DNA from: an uncultured Candidatus Peribacteria bacterium
GTDB lineage: Bacteria > Patescibacteriota > Gracilibacteria > Peribacterales > Peribacteraceae
Assembly (NCBI GenBank): GCA_964515645.1
Contig: CAZEVM010000001.1
Coordinates: forward strand, 1-60,071
DNA length: 60,071 nucleotides
Direction: 5' to 3'
Shown here: piece by piece, positions 1 through 8,709 of the stretch
How the letters are laid out: every line of letters begins with the position of its first letter
Position numbering within the stretch: position 1 is the stretch's first letter
Notes under the pieces: model-generated
The model's input: only the letters and a program-made list of their open reading frames with translations
Database searches by the model: none
Told to the model about the DNA's origin: nothing
Position numbers and translations under genes: made by a program

Positions 1-809
1 TCGTAGATGGCTTTGCGCTGGTCGTCGGTGGGTGTGAACTTGAGCGATTTGAAGAAGAGCTTGATGAGATCCACGTCCATCGCCAGGCGCAGGCGGTCTT
101 GGCGGTAGCCCTGCCACTCGATCTTTCGCGAGACGGCTTCCTGCTGGAGCTTGAACGCCTCCTCGAACATCAGCCTCTCGGTGGCGCGCGCCACGTCCTC
201 GGGGGTCTTGGGAAAGTGCAGCAGCTCCACCATCTCGGCTCGGCTCGGCAGCTTCTCTTCCGCCACGATGTTCTCGGGCAGCGTCTCGGGCAGGCCTGGG
301 ATGGCGTCGCGCACGAGCACCATCTTCTCGCGGAGCCACTTGGTGTTGATGACAGAGTGCTGCGGGTAGACCGGCACCAGGCGCCCGGCGTGCACCAGCT
401 CGCCGCCGCTGCGGTCCACAGTTGGATTCTGCATCTTCAGTCCGCCGCCCGCCTCGGCCAGTTTGCCGGTGATGAAGAGCTCTTCGCCCTGCTTGAGCGA
501 GCGCTGCAGGTGGTGCTGGTTGAACCACTCGAGGGTGATGGTGGTGCCGTCGGTGTCGGTGAACGGCGCCTTGAGGATGGTCAGCCGTGAGCGCGTGCGG
601 ATGATGGAGATCTTGCCGATGGTGCCGCGCAACATCACCTTCTCGCCCAGCGGCGCGCCGGCGGCGGTCTGCATCTGCGTCAGGTCCTCGTGCGTCTTCG
701 GAAAATAGAGCAGCAGGTCCCCGGCGGTCTCGATGCCCATGCTCTTGAGCGCCTCCAGGTGTGAGCCTGTAGTCTTGAGGACGGCCGAGAGGCGGGTTTC
801 CGGCTTCAC
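1..809 (-). CDS. recG: ATP-dependent DNA helicase RecG, N-terminal part (continues past window start)
   Basis: Open at the window edge, so absent from the ORF track. Own translation of the minus strand from GTG 809: VKPETRLSAVLKTTGSHLEALKSMGIETAGDLLLYFPK...GKLAEAGGGLKMQNPTV...LKFTPTDDQRKAIYD (HhH plus wedge/OB N-terminus and F-T-P-T-x-x-Q motif typical of RecG). Plus-strand ORFs 99..590, 151..369 and 463..708 are antisense shadows. Confidence 0.75.
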   Translation of the reverse strand, partial: MKPETRLSAVLKTTGSHLEALKSMGIETAGDLLLYFPKTHEDLTQMQTAAGAPLGEKVMLRGTIGKISIIRTRSRLTILKAPFTDTDGTTITLEWFNQHHLQRSLKQGEELFITGKLAEAGGGLKMQNPTVDRSGGELVHAGRLVPVYPQHSVINTKWLREKMVLVRDAIPGLPETLPENIVAEEKLPSRAEMVELLHFPKTPEDVARATERLMFEEAFKLQQEAVSRKIEWQGYRQDRLRLAMDVDLIKLFFKSLKFTPTDDQRKAIY

Positions 810-845
810 GGGGACAGTATACGCGTTTATGGTAGAATGCGTCCC

Positions 846-1250
846 ATGAGCGAGCTCATCCGTGCCATCAAGCAGCACCAAGACCTCTCCATCGAGGCTC
901 AGATCCAGGCGGGCAAGCCGCTCGGCGATGGCATGCCGAAGGAATACATCTCCTATGTGAAAGAACTTGCCGAACTTGTCGACCGCGATGGCCTCGTTCC
1001 GCATGAACCCCAGACCATCGTCGCCCAGGGCGCGTATGCCGCTGCCGATGAGCCTGAGCAGGGCAAGATAGACCTGGTGCTGCCCACCATCGCCGACACG
1101 GTACGCCACATCATCGATTTCTATCGTGATCCAGCGACACCCAATGCTTGTCCGCAGCTGAAGACGATGATCGAGCATCTCTGGGAGATGCTCCGCCGAC
1201 TCGGCCCCTCCTCCGCCCTCCTCAAACTTCCCTTCCCGCCCGCCGCATGA
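846..1250 (+). CDS. hypothetical protein (ORF track start 837; ATG 846 preferred)
   Basis: ORF 837..1250. The extended -10 TGgTAGAAT (830-838) overlaps ATG 837 and ends 7 nt before ATG 846, suggesting a leaderless start. GC-rich third positions; no recognisable motif. Confidence 0.55.
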   Translation: MSELIRAIKQHQDLSIEAQIQAGKPLGDGMPKEYISYVKELAELVDRDGLVPHEPQTIVAQGAYAAADEPEQGKIDLVLPTIADTVRHIIDFYRDPATPNACPQLKTMIEHLWEMLRRLGPSSALLKLPFPPAA

Positions 1251-1498
1251 TCCAGACGCCCGAAGTGATGAAGTCCGCCGTGACGGACGCCGCCAATGAG
1301 CAGCTCCTCGCTGCCGCCGAAACGAAGCAGCGCCTGACGTCCCTGGCCAACTCCCTGCCGAAGATGGCCGCCCCGGCCGATACCGCCGAACTGCGCAACC
1401 AGCCGCTCGTCTCCGCCACCACGACGCTGCGCCAAAACGGCCGCACGCCGGAGGAGATCGCCGCCTTCACGTTGGAGCGCGGTTACCCGCGGGCGTAA
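1247..1498 (+). CDS. hypothetical protein (83 aa), translationally coupled to upstream gene
   Basis: In-frame distal part of ORF 1148..1498. ATG 1247 overlaps the upstream stop TGA 1248-1250 (ATGA). Its 3' end overlaps the miaA 3' end by 16 nt. Confidence 0.45.
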   Translation: MIQTPEVMKSAVTDAANEQLLAAAETKQRLTSLANSLPKMAAPADTAELRNQPLVSATTTLRQNGRTPEEIAAFTLERGYPRA

Positions 1499-2466
1499 GG
1501 CGCGAGCTTGATCACCCGCTCGTCACGGCGCCACCACGTGCGCTGTCGTTTGGCGTACTGACGTGTGACGGTGTTAATCTGGGCGATGACGGACGGGTCG
1601 GTCTTCACCTCGGCGACGTTCTTCCCTTTCTTCAGGCGGAAGAGGATCTCACGGTAGCCATGGCTGACGAAGCCGGGATCTTTCACGTCGTAGCCGTTCT
1701 TCCAGAGCGACTCCACCTCCTCGGCCCAGCCTGAATCCAAGAGGACGCGTGTTCGCGCTTCGATGCGGGCATCAAGCACGTCCGTCGGCACGTCCATAAA
1801 AAACAGTGCCAGGGTGTAGGGGCTCGGGGCTTTCGAGCGCACCTGTGACGCGGGTTTTCCGGTAAGTCGACAGATCTCCACGGCGCGAATGAGATAGACG
1901 GCGTTGCGGCGTTCAATGGACGCGCCAGATTCCGGGTCGAGATGCATCAGCTCCTTCTGCAGGGTGACGCCTTCGTCGAGGTCGTAGATCTTCTGGAGTT
2001 TCGCGCGAAGAGCGGGGTCGGACGGCAACGGCTGCAGTCCATCGATGACGCTCGAGAGGTAGAGCATCGAGCCGCCGACGAGCATCGGCAGCACGCCGCG
2101 GGCGTGGCAGTCGGTGATGGCAGCTGTAGCAACCTCTTGGTACCAAGCGATCGTGGCGTTCTCTTTTGGGTCCAACACCGACAGCAGGTGATGCGGCACG
2201 CCCCTCATTTCCTCGGTCGTGATCTTGGCTGTACCGATATCGAGATGCTTGTAACACTGCCGCGAATCGGCGTTGATGATTTCGGCGGCAATCCCCTTTT
2301 CCCTTAGGGCCAGTGCGAGCTCAATCGAGAGGCCGGTCTTGCCACTGCCAGTCGGCCCCGTCACCACCACCAAGGGCTTGGGCGACTTGGCGATCTCCAG
2401 GGTCTTCTGGAGCGCGATGGAAAGCATGGTAGACACGATGCCCATTCTAGAGGCTTTTTTCGGCAT
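1483..2466 (-). CDS. miaA: tRNA dimethylallyltransferase
   Basis: ORF 1483..2466. P-loop VTGPTGSGKT, HLDIGTAKITTEE and GVPHHLL motifs. The start may be an internal Met (2445 or 2427). Confidence 0.9.
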   Translation of the reverse strand: MPKKASRMGIVSTMLSIALQKTLEIAKSPKPLVVVTGPTGSGKTGLSIELALALREKGIAAEIINADSRQCYKHLDIGTAKITTEEMRGVPHHLLSVLDPKENATIAWYQEVATAAITDCHARGVLPMLVGGSMLYLSSVIDGLQPLPSDPALRAKLQKIYDLDEGVTLQKELMHLDPESGASIERRNAVYLIRAVEICRLTGKPASQVRSKAPSPYTLALFFMDVPTDVLDARIEARTRVLLDSGWAEEVESLWKNGYDVKDPGFVSHGYREILFRLKKGKNVAEVKTDPSVIAQINTVTRQYAKRQRTWWRRDERVIKLAPYARG

Positions 2467-2551
2467 CTAGAACATATTTCCTGGGCTCGTGCACTGAACG
2501 GAACCCGTAAACGAGTGTAGAATAGAAGAAAGACTTCATTTCCCCCTCCGC

Positions 2552-3205
2552 ATGATTCATTCTTTCTATTCTGGCTATAACGCTGCTTCCAGCAAGTTGC
2601 CGCAGAACTTCCTTATTCCGACGGTCATCGAGAAGACCCAGTTCGGTGAGCGCGTGTACGACATCTACTCTCGCCTCCTTGAGGAGCGCATCGTCTTCCT
2701 TGGCACGCCGATCAACGACGATGTTGCCAACTCGATCATCGCCCAGCTTCTCTTCCTCGAGAAGCAGGATCCGAAGAAGGACATCACCTTCTACGTGAAC
2801 TCCCCCGGCGGACAGGTAAGCTCGACGCTCGCAATGTACGACACAATGCAGCACGTGAAGCCCGATGTCTCGACCGTCTGTCTCGGCATGGCTGCTTCCG
2901 GTGGTGCTGTCATCCTGATGGGTGGTGCCAAGGGCAAGCGCTTCGCTCTCGAGCACAGCGAGATCATGATCCACCAGCCGCTCGGTGGCACGGAGGGTCA
3001 GGCCACGGATATCGCCATCCACGCTGAGCACATCCTGCGCATGAAGACCCTCTTGAACTCACTCATTGCCAAGCACTCGGGCAAGAAGGTGACCGAGGTG
3101 GCCAACGACACGGAGCGCGACAAGTTTATGACGTCCGCCCAGGCTCTCGAATACGGTCTCATCGACAAAATCATCAAGTCGGACCACGCCGGTCTCACCA
3201 AGTGA
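2552..3205 (+). CDS. clpP: ATP-dependent Clp protease proteolytic subunit
   Basis: ORF 2552..3205. [16 protein letters not shown], catalytic Ser context GMAASGG and His context MIHQPLGG. Confidence 0.95.
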   Translation: MIHSFYSGYNAASSKLPQNFLIPTVIEKTQFGERVYDIYSRLLEERIVFLGTPINDDVANSIIAQLLFLEKQDPKKDITFYVNSPGGQVSSTLAMYDTMQHVKPDVSTVCLGMAASGGAVILMGGAKGKRFALEHSEIMIHQPLGGTEGQATDIAIHAEHILRMKTLLNSLIAKHSGKKVTEVANDTERDKFMTSAQALEYGLIDKIIKSDHAGLTK

Positions 3206-3224
3206 GCCGCGATCATCGACAAAT

Positions 3225-3251
3225 AAAGAGCCCCGGTGACGGGGCTCTTTT
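3225..3251. terminator. bidirectional intrinsic terminator between clpP and the convergent membrane-protein gene
   Basis: AAAGAGCCCC-GGTGAC-GGGGCTCTTT perfect 10-bp stem, flanked by an A-run and a T-run. Confidence 0.7.
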
Positions 3252-3271
3252 AGTGCCAAGTGGGATGTGGC

Positions 3272-3769
3272 TCACTTCTTGGTTGTCTTAGTCGGGGCTT
3301 TAGCCGGTAGTGCAGCCGGCTTCTTGGCCGGGGCCTCGCTGCTCACAGCCATCTTCTGCATGGTTGGCGAGTGTGTGAGGACGACGATGAGGAGGAAGAC
3401 GCCGAGCCAGATGAACGAGTTGTTCGCAGCGGCCATCATGTCCGTCATGTCGATGGAGGTGAGGACGGACTTCAGGAGCATGCCCGGGGCGATGGAGCCG
3501 AGGCCGATGCCAATGAGCCAGATGGCGACGTTGGTGCCGAGGTTTAAGGCGAAGAGTCCGCCGCCAATGATGTAGAGGGCGGGCAGGATGAAGGCCCAGA
3601 TCATGCCGAGCATGTCGAGGGCACCGAGTCCGTCGCGCACGACGAGCGAGAACGAGCGGAACTGCATGTAGTGGATGAGTCCGACGCAGACCAGCGCGAG
3701 GCCAAAACTGACGCGCGCGATGGCGGCGGCAGTGGCGCGGTTAGCGGCGGCATTCTGAGATGTGTCCAT
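3272..3769 (-). CDS. integral membrane protein (about 4 TM) with Lys/Ala/Pro-rich C-terminal tail
   Basis: ORF 3272..3769. Hydrophobic segments FGLALVCVGLI, MIWAFILPALYIIGGGLFAL, AIWLIGIGLGSIAPGMLL and FIWLGVFLLIVVL; tail APAKKPAALPAKAPTKTTKK. Confidence 0.7.
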   Translation of the reverse strand: MDTSQNAAANRATAAAIARVSFGLALVCVGLIHYMQFRSFSLVVRDGLGALDMLGMIWAFILPALYIIGGGLFALNLGTNVAIWLIGIGLGSIAPGMLLKSVLTSIDMTDMMAAANNSFIWLGVFLLIVVLTHSPTMQKMAVSSEAPAKKPAALPAKAPTKTTKK

Positions 3770-3869
3770 GGAGGGAGGGGGAACCTCCTTATCCTGCGCA
3801 TCTGTAAGCCGCTTTTCAAGCTACTACTCCACTGGAGCAGCAGAGCGGCAACACGAAAGCAGCATTCCG

Positions 3870-4988
3870 ATGGTGCGACGACTCGCGTATCCTGCCTGGG
3901 TGTTCACCCTCCAGAGCAGCGGCCCACTCGGTCGGCGCGGCGTCATTCAGACTCCGCACGGCGAGCTTATCACTCCCCTCTTCTTCCCCGTGGGAACGAG
4001 CGGCGCGATGCGCGGACTGACGCACGAGCAACTGCTCGCGCTCGGCGCCGAGTGCCTGCTCGCCAATACGTACCACCTGCACGTGCAACCCGGCGAAGAC
4101 ATCGTGGCGCAGGCGGGCGGACTGCATTCGTTCATCAACTGGCAGAAGCCCATGCTCACCGACTCGGGCGGTTTCCAAGTGTTCTCGCTCAAGTCGATCC
4201 GCAAGATTACTGAAGAAGGCGTGGCGTTCCGTTCGCACCGCAGCGGCGCGCCGGTATTCCTCGGCCCGGTCGAGTCCACCACCATCCAGCACAAGCTCGG
4301 TGCTGACATCATTATGGTCTTCGATGAGTGTCCGCCCTCCACTGCACCGCGCAAGGCGCAGGTGGCCGCCGTGGACCGCACGCTCCGCTGGGCGAAGGTG
4401 TGTCGCGACACCCACCTGAAGCTCTGTGAGGAGAAGGGGCTTACGCCGGAGAAGCGACCCCTGCAGTTTGGCATCGTGCAGGGCGGTCTCGAGCGCGATT
4501 TGCGCGAAAAGTGCGCCGAGGAACTCCGCGCCATCGGTTTCGACGGGTACGCGGTGGGTGGGCTCGCTGTGGGCGAGACGGAGAATGAGATGTACGACGT
4601 GATCGATGTCGTCTGCCCGAAGTTGCCGGAAGACCAACCCCGCTACCTGATGGGAGTGGGACGTGTCAGCCAGCACCGCGAGTGCATTGCGCGCGGTATC
4701 GATTTCTTCGACTGCGTGCTGCCCATGCGCGAGGCGCGCCACGGCAACATCCACCTTTCAGATGGTTCCGTGCTCCGCATCCGCCGTACTGAGTACCAGA
4801 CGGACTTCTCTCCCATTGATCCCAACTCCCCTTCTCCGGTCGGTCGCGAGTATTCGCGCGCCTACTTGGCACATCTCTTCCGCGCTGGCGAGCGCCTGGC
4901 CGAGACCATCGCCTGCACGCAGAATATGGCTGTCACTCTGGAGGCGATGCGGAAACTCCGGGCGGAGATGGATGCGCAACAAAAGTAA
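3870..4988 (+). CDS. tgt: queuine tRNA-ribosyltransferase (Zn-site ligands absent)
   Basis: ORF 3762..4988. ATG 3870 (MVRRLAY...) is preferred because 3762 overlaps the divergent gene. Motifs LANTYHL, TDSGGFQV, GGLAVGE, YLMGVG, IDFFDCVLP. Confidence 0.9.
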   Translation: MVRRLAYPAWVFTLQSSGPLGRRGVIQTPHGELITPLFFPVGTSGAMRGLTHEQLLALGAECLLANTYHLHVQPGEDIVAQAGGLHSFINWQKPMLTDSGGFQVFSLKSIRKITEEGVAFRSHRSGAPVFLGPVESTTIQHKLGADIIMVFDECPPSTAPRKAQVAAVDRTLRWAKVCRDTHLKLCEEKGLTPEKRPLQFGIVQGGLERDLREKCAEELRAIGFDGYAVGGLAVGETENEMYDVIDVVCPKLPEDQPRYLMGVGRVSQHRECIARGIDFFDCVLPMREARHGNIHLSDGSVLRIRRTEYQTDFSPIDPNSPSPVGREYSRAYLAHLFRAGERLAETIACTQNMAVTLEAMRKLRAEMDAQQK

Positions 4989-5008
4989 GCCAGGCGCGAG
5001 CCTGGCTT
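4987..5008. terminator. hairpin between convergent tgt and lipoprotein gene
   Basis: AAGCCAGGC-GCGA-GCCTGGCTT followed by GGGTTTG. Confidence 0.5.
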
Positions 5009-5027
5009 GGGTTTGAGGAAGAGATCG

Positions 5028-5270
5028 TCAGTTCACCGACGGTTGCGGTAGCCGCGTCTTGCGGCGGGGTTTTGGGGCGAAGATGGCCTCGTAACCCGCC
5101 GCGAACTTGGGATCGGTAGCGAGGTGGCCGCCGCTCTTCTTCTTTGGCTGGGCGCAGGTCGGCACCGGGGACGTCTGCTGGTGGCAGGGGCATTGGCAGC
5201 CGCTCACCAGGATTGTCGTTGCGGATACGAGCACGTGGATGTTCTGCGGCTTCTTGGCAAACGTCTTCAT
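5028..5270 (-). CDS. small Cys-rich lipoprotein (80 aa)
   Basis: ORF 5028..5270. Signal peptide plus lipobox LVSGC, then CQCPCH...TC. AAGGAAG SD upstream; strongly GC-rich third positions. Confidence 0.6.
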   Translation of the reverse strand: MKTFAKKPQNIHVLVSATTILVSGCQCPCHQQTSPVPTCAQPKKKSGGHLATDPKFAAGYEAIFAPKPRRKTRLPQPSVN

Positions 5271-5376
5271 CAGGTCTTCCTTTGTTGAAAAGTACGCTGT
5301 GTCACGCTACGCCAGCGTGATGGCGGTATTTTCATGAAAAAGCACCTTCAGTCAATCGTTCTGATCGCGTTTTGCT

Positions 5377-5400
5377 ACAAAAAACGCCCTTTCGGGCGTT
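5377..5400 (-). terminator. intrinsic terminator of rplU
   Basis: The minus strand reads AACGCCC-GAAA-GGGCGTT followed by TTTTTG. Confidence 0.65.
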
Positions 5401-5422
5401 TAAGAGTCGAGTGGTGGGTGGC

Positions 5423-5734
5423 TTACTTACCGACCTTCGTGATCTTGATCTCCGTGAAGTCCTGGCGGTGGCCCTTGGTGCGCTGGTAGCGCTTGCGGCG
5501 CTTGAACTTGAAGACGCGGATCTTGTCGGCGCGGCCGTGGCTGACGACCTCGGCCTCAACCGTGGCGCCGGACACCGTGGGGGCGCCGAAGGTCACGTTC
5601 TCGCCGTCGGCGAGGAGCAAAACCTGGTCGAAGGTGACGGTCTTACCAGCTTCAGCATCGAGCAGCGGCACCTTGATGGTGTCACCCTTGGAGACCTTCT
5701 CCTGGAAGCCGGCGATGGAAACGATAGCGAACAT
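5423..5734 (-). CDS. rplU: 50S ribosomal protein L21
   Basis: ORF 5423..5785. Homology-like start MFAIVSIAGFQEKVSKGD at 5734; C-terminus KFKRRKRYQRTKGHRQ. No rpmA follows. Confidence 0.9.
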   Translation of the reverse strand: MFAIVSIAGFQEKVSKGDTIKVPLLDAEAGKTVTFDQVLLLADGENVTFGAPTVSGATVEAEVVSHGRADKIRVFKFKRRKRYQRTKGHRQDFTEIKITKVGK

Positions 5735-5753
5735 GGGTTGAATTGGCCGCAGC

Positions 5754-5782
5754 AGTGTAGTGAATCGCGGTGGGACACGCAA
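5754..5782 (-). promoter_or_regulatory. putative rplU promoter
   Basis: Minus strand TTGCGT-17 nt-TACACT, about 20 nt upstream of ATG 5734. Confidence 0.4.
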
Positions 5783-5789
5783 CATAATA

Positions 5790-6047
5790 TTGACGAGGTC
5801 GAAAGGTGGGTCGTGATCAGCCCTTTCTTAATCCCTTCTTAAGGCTCCATTCCTATGATTGTCGCGGTTCCAGAGCGAACCAATCCGTTCTTTCCTCCGA
5901 ATCGACGCAGTCTACAGGACCACGCGCGATTCCCAACACCGATACCGACGTGCATGTGAAGGGGTGGCTCTGGGAGGCGTCACCCCTTCGGTACAGACCT
6001 ACAGAATGCGCCAGCCGATCTTCGGATCCGGGCTGGCGTATTTATAC
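5790..6047. other. unassigned structured intergenic region (candidate small RNA)
   Basis: No credible ORF. 9-bp hairpin GAAGGGGTG(5958-5966)/CACCCCTTC(5981-5989). 12-bp hairpin with UUCG loop at 6009-6038, followed by TATTTAT on the plus strand. Confidence 0.3.
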
Positions 6048-6058
6048 TGGAGGGAATA

Positions 6059-6087
6059 TTGACATTATTACATAATTATCTTAAATA
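6059..6087 (+). promoter_or_regulatory. putative sigma70-type promoter
   Basis: TTGACA-17 nt-TAAATA inside an AT-rich patch upstream of the phosphoesterase gene. Confidence 0.4.
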
Positions 6088-6150
6088 TACTTTAGTTTTG
6101 AAATCATCCGCAAAGACTGCGGGATGTTCCTTCAACCCAACGAGGTATTC

Positions 6151-6699
6151 ATGTTCACTGAAATTCCCTTAGTTTACCTGCCGTATGGCAAGGTCGGCAT
6201 TCTCTCCGATGTCCACGATCATCTGACAAACCTGCGCAAAGTTCTTCAAATCGCGACGGAAAGCGGGATCGATACTCTCCTGTTCGCCGGCGACTTCTGC
6301 TCGCCAATCCCGGTCGCGGAGATGTTGAAGTTCCCCGGCTGCATTCATGCCGTGTGGGGCAACGGCGACGGCGATCGTGTGAAGATCCAGCAACTCGCCG
6401 ACGCCAGGCCCGGCATACTCTTTTTACACGGTGAGTTCGCTCACTTCCAGATGGGCGGCGCAAAAGGGCCGACGATCGCCATGACGCACTACTGGTTCTA
6501 CGCGCAAGCGTTGGCTAGAACCGGCGACTACGATCTGGTCGTTTCTGGCCATACACACGAGAGTCGGCTGATGATGTTCTGTGGGAAGATCTGCCTCAAC
6601 CCAGGCGAGGTCTATGACCTGAAGGGGGAGCCATCTTTTGCCATCTACGATCCATTGAAGCCCCTTGAGAGGCAGATCGAGTTCGTGAGACTGACCTGA
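6151..6699 (+). CDS. YfcE/MJ0936-type metallophosphoesterase
   Basis: ORF 6124..6699. ATG 6151 has a GAGG 6 nt upstream. Motifs SDVHD, AGDF, GNGDGD, GHTH. Confidence 0.8.
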   Translation: MFTEIPLVYLPYGKVGILSDVHDHLTNLRKVLQIATESGIDTLLFAGDFCSPIPVAEMLKFPGCIHAVWGNGDGDRVKIQQLADARPGILFLHGEFAHFQMGGAKGPTIAMTHYWFYAQALARTGDYDLVVSGHTHESRLMMFCGKICLNPGEVYDLKGEPSFAIYDPLKPLERQIEFVRLT

Positions 6700-6755
6700 T
6701 GTGACATCAGGGAATGATTGTATTCGTTTTCCTACCTCTTTATTTAGAGGCGGGA

Positions 6756-6781
6756 GGCCCCCCAATGGGGGGCTTTTTTTG
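6756..6781 (+). terminator. intrinsic terminator
   Basis: GGCCCCCC-AAT-GGGGGGC followed by T8. Confidence 0.75.
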
Positions 6782-6837
6782 AGTTTATTCAAAAATGGCT
6801 TTTTCGACGGTTCAGTCGATTCTAAAAAGTGCCACCC

Positions 6838-6866
6838 TTGACATGAAGTGGGTATTTCACTATCTA
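6838..6866 (+). promoter_or_regulatory. putative promoter of the GK-like gene pair
   Basis: TTGACA-17 nt-TATCTA. Confidence 0.4.
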
Positions 6867-6902
6867 CTCGCCTGATATTTCCAATTCCCCCTCCCCTTTC
6901 GT

Positions 6903-7757
6903 ATGAACCCTACACAAGAACCCCTGGTCCTGGGCTTCATGGGCCCTCCCGGCACCGGCAAGACCGTGGCCATGGAGATCGTCGAGTTTGAAGCCAACCG
7001 CCAGAAGACCGGCGAGACGCTCGGTCTCGGTCGTGCCCTCAACGTGGGTGTCGCCCGCAAGTCCACCTCGCGCCCCAGCCGCGGCGCCGACGACCGCCTC
7101 AAGGAGTCGGGTGTCGATGAGGCGGAGTTCGACAAACCAGAGATGATCGGCGTGTACACGCTGTCCAACAATGGCGCCAAGTACGCCTACCGCGAGTCGG
7201 CCCTCAAGGCCGAGGGCGTGGACGTGCTCATCGCCGAGCCCAGCTTGCACCACATCGAGGCCGTGAAGCTCCACCTCGGCGGCCGCCTCTTCACCATCTT
7301 CCTCGCCGCTTCCCGCGAGTACCGCCTGGCCCGCCTGAGCGGCCGCGGCACGGAGGATCCGGTGGAGGTCCGCAAGCGCGTGCTTGAGGGCGACGCCCAG
7401 ATCATCATCGCCTCCATGCTCGGCGCCGAGATCGCCCAGGGTGCCGACACCCTCACCGATCCGCTGATGGTTGAGATCTTCACGAAGATCCAGGACTCCG
7501 ACGACGATCTGGCTGTGGGGCAGCTGGCCCAGTACCTCGCCAACTACGCCGGCGGCGACGCCGAGGCGGCCAAGAAGTACGGCGAGTCGACGGCCAAGCT
7601 CTTCGCCCACGACATCCGCCACGTGCACGGCGGCCAGAAGGCCATCGAGCACGTTATTTCGCTCGATGATTCCTACCTCTCCAAGGACCCCAAGAACGAG
7701 GGCAAGTACCGCGAGGAGATCCTCGCTCAGCTTGTCCGCGGTTTGAAGGGCGCCTGA
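6903..7757 (+). CDS. guanylate-kinase-like P-loop protein with C-terminal extension (paralog A)
   Basis: ORF 6903..7757. GPPGTGKT, ARKSTSRPSRGADD (compare Gmk TTRxPRxGE), RLSGRGTEDPVEVRKRVLEGDAQ (compare Gmk RLxxRGtE...R), plus about 95 extra C-terminal residues. Confidence 0.75.
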   Translation: MNPTQEPLVLGFMGPPGTGKTVAMEIVEFEANRQKTGETLGLGRALNVGVARKSTSRPSRGADDRLKESGVDEAEFDKPEMIGVYTLSNNGAKYAYRESALKAEGVDVLIAEPSLHHIEAVKLHLGGRLFTIFLAASREYRLARLSGRGTEDPVEVRKRVLEGDAQIIIASMLGAEIAQGADTLTDPLMVEIFTKIQDSDDDLAVGQLAQYLANYAGGDAEAAKKYGESTAKLFAHDIRHVHGGQKAIEHVISLDDSYLSKDPKNEGKYREEILAQLVRGLKGA

Positions 7758-7791
7758 TTCTCATTCGCTAACCACTCTTCACCTCTTCTTT

Positions 7792-8685
7792 ATGTCTCAC
7801 TTGGAACGCTCCGATGACGATATCGTCATCAACACGCCGATTGTCGGCTTCATGGGCCCGCCCGGCAACGGCAAGTCCGTGGCCATCAACACTGTCGAGT
7901 ACGCGGACAACCGCGTCGAGATGGGTGAGCGCCTCAACCTCGGCCGCCCGCTGAATGTGGGCGTGGCCCGCAAGTCCACCTCGCGCGGCGGACGCGGCGC
8001 TGATGACCGCTTTAAGATCTCCGGCCTGCCGGAGTCAGCCTTCGACGATCCGAACATGATCGGTGTCTATCGCTTGTCCAATAACAACGCGCTCTACGGT
8101 TACCACGCCAACGATCTGCGCGCCTCGGAAGGCACAGACCTGCTCATCGCCGAGCCGAGCCTGCACCACATCACCGAGTTGAAGGACCGCATCCGCGGTC
8201 GCTTCCACGTGGTGTTCTTCGCTTCCGACCGCGCCTATCGCGACGCCCGCTTGAACGGCCGCGGCACCGAGGACCCGGTGGAGGTGAAGAAGCGCATCCT
8301 CGAGGGTGACGCTCAGATGATCATGGCCAACATGCTGGGTGCCCACATGGCCCGCGGCGTGGAGGAGCTGACCGATCCCGACATGGTGGCGCTCTTCGCC
8401 GCCGTTCGCTCGGCCAAGGATGATGCCGCCCGCGCCCAGGCTGAGGCAGAACTGAAGACGTACCTCGCTGCCTACGTCGGCGGCGATGCAGCCACGACCG
8501 AGAAGTATGCTACCTCGACCGCCAAGCTCTACGCCGGCGACGTTGCCCACCTCGAGGTCGGTGCCGACAAGTCGATCGACCACGTCATCACCTTCGATCC
8601 CTCCTACATCACGAAAAACCCGATGCAGGAAGGTAAGTTCCGCAAGGAGATCCTCGAGCAAGTCGAGGGCGTCCTCAGAAGCTGA
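7792..8685 (+). CDS. guanylate-kinase-like P-loop protein with C-terminal extension (paralog B)
   Basis: ORF 7792..8685. Colinear with 6903..7757 (GPPGNGKS, ARKSTSRGGRGADD, RLNGRGTEDPVEVKKRILEGDAQ), about half the residues identical by eye. Confidence 0.75.
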   Translation: MSHLERSDDDIVINTPIVGFMGPPGNGKSVAINTVEYADNRVEMGERLNLGRPLNVGVARKSTSRGGRGADDRFKISGLPESAFDDPNMIGVYRLSNNNALYGYHANDLRASEGTDLLIAEPSLHHITELKDRIRGRFHVVFFASDRAYRDARLNGRGTEDPVEVKKRILEGDAQMIMANMLGAHMARGVEELTDPDMVALFAAVRSAKDDAARAQAEAELKTYLAAYVGGDAATTEKYATSTAKLYAGDVAHLEVGADKSIDHVITFDPSYITKNPMQEGKFRKEILEQVEGVLRS

Positions 8686-8709
8686 GAGCGTTCCCCGTTG
8701 ACCGAAAAA

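Noticed and set aside
5881-5960. The minus-strand string GGAGGAAAGAACGG resembles the RNase P RNA P4 motif GAGGAAAGUCCGG. The plus-strand ACAGAAUGCGCC resembles the 3' P4 strand.
   Set aside because: The two motifs are on opposite strands. The other universal RNase P blocks (GGUAAGAGCGCACC and the J11/12 region) are not found in the right order, and the region is too short. No tmRNA or SRP RNA signatures were seen either. An Rfam scan is still needed.
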